This document shows positions 63,831 to 64,000 of a stretch of DNA of 64,000 nucleotides, piece by piece. The DNA comes from Pocillopora damicornis (taxonomy: Eukaryota), in the NCBI RefSeq assembly GCF_003704095.1, contig NW_020846073.1:1-64000 (forward strand), in the 5' to 3' direction. A model generated the notes under the pieces. That model searched no databases and was not told the origin of the DNA. It was given only the letters and a program-made list of their open reading frames with translations. Made by a program: the position numbers and the translations under genes. Each line of letters opens with the position of its first letter. Within the stretch, counting starts at the first letter, position 1.

Positions 63831-64000
63831 GAAGTAGTGGGGGTCTAAGAACTATATTAATATAATAATAATATAACTATAACTATATTAATATAGTAAT
63901 AATAGTTGGGTCAGCAGTTAGACATGTCCCTGTCGCCTCTGTAGTTTTAATGATCTTTTCACTTTTATTTGGTTTTCAACCAGAAGAAATTATATCTAGA

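Overview
Eukaryotic, AT-rich, gap-containing draft scaffold; the repeat content resembles an anthozoan or coral genome (inference). No ordinary host gene is evident. The window is almost entirely a mosaic of non-LTR retrotransposon pieces, mostly Tx1-clade (CCHC zinc-knuckle ORF1; APE endonuclease + RT ORF2). I label these families A, B, C, E, F, G and H. There are also L2/CR1-type LINEs, an L1-type ORF1 and a few DNA-transposon MITEs. Main observations: (1) Families A/B/G start right after the 5' end of U1 snRNA. The same 16-mer (ACTTACCTGACGCGGG) recurs between one element's oligo(A) tail and the next element's head, which suggests U1-gene-targeted Tx1 elements stacked in mixed tandem arrays. 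(2) Their 3' UTR carries two conserved U1A-binding-like ATTGCAC motifs in hairpins, and their 5' UTR carries the exact complement of the U1 5' end. (3) Family G is an ORF1-only element with an intact 527-aa ORF containing an unrecognised duplicated domain. (4) Family C follows U2 snRNA 5' ends (Keno-like). (5) Nearly all fragments are co-oriented within contigs and flip strand only at 100-N gaps, suggesting a uni-strand piRNA-cluster-like locus. Boundaries of degenerate fragments are approximate.
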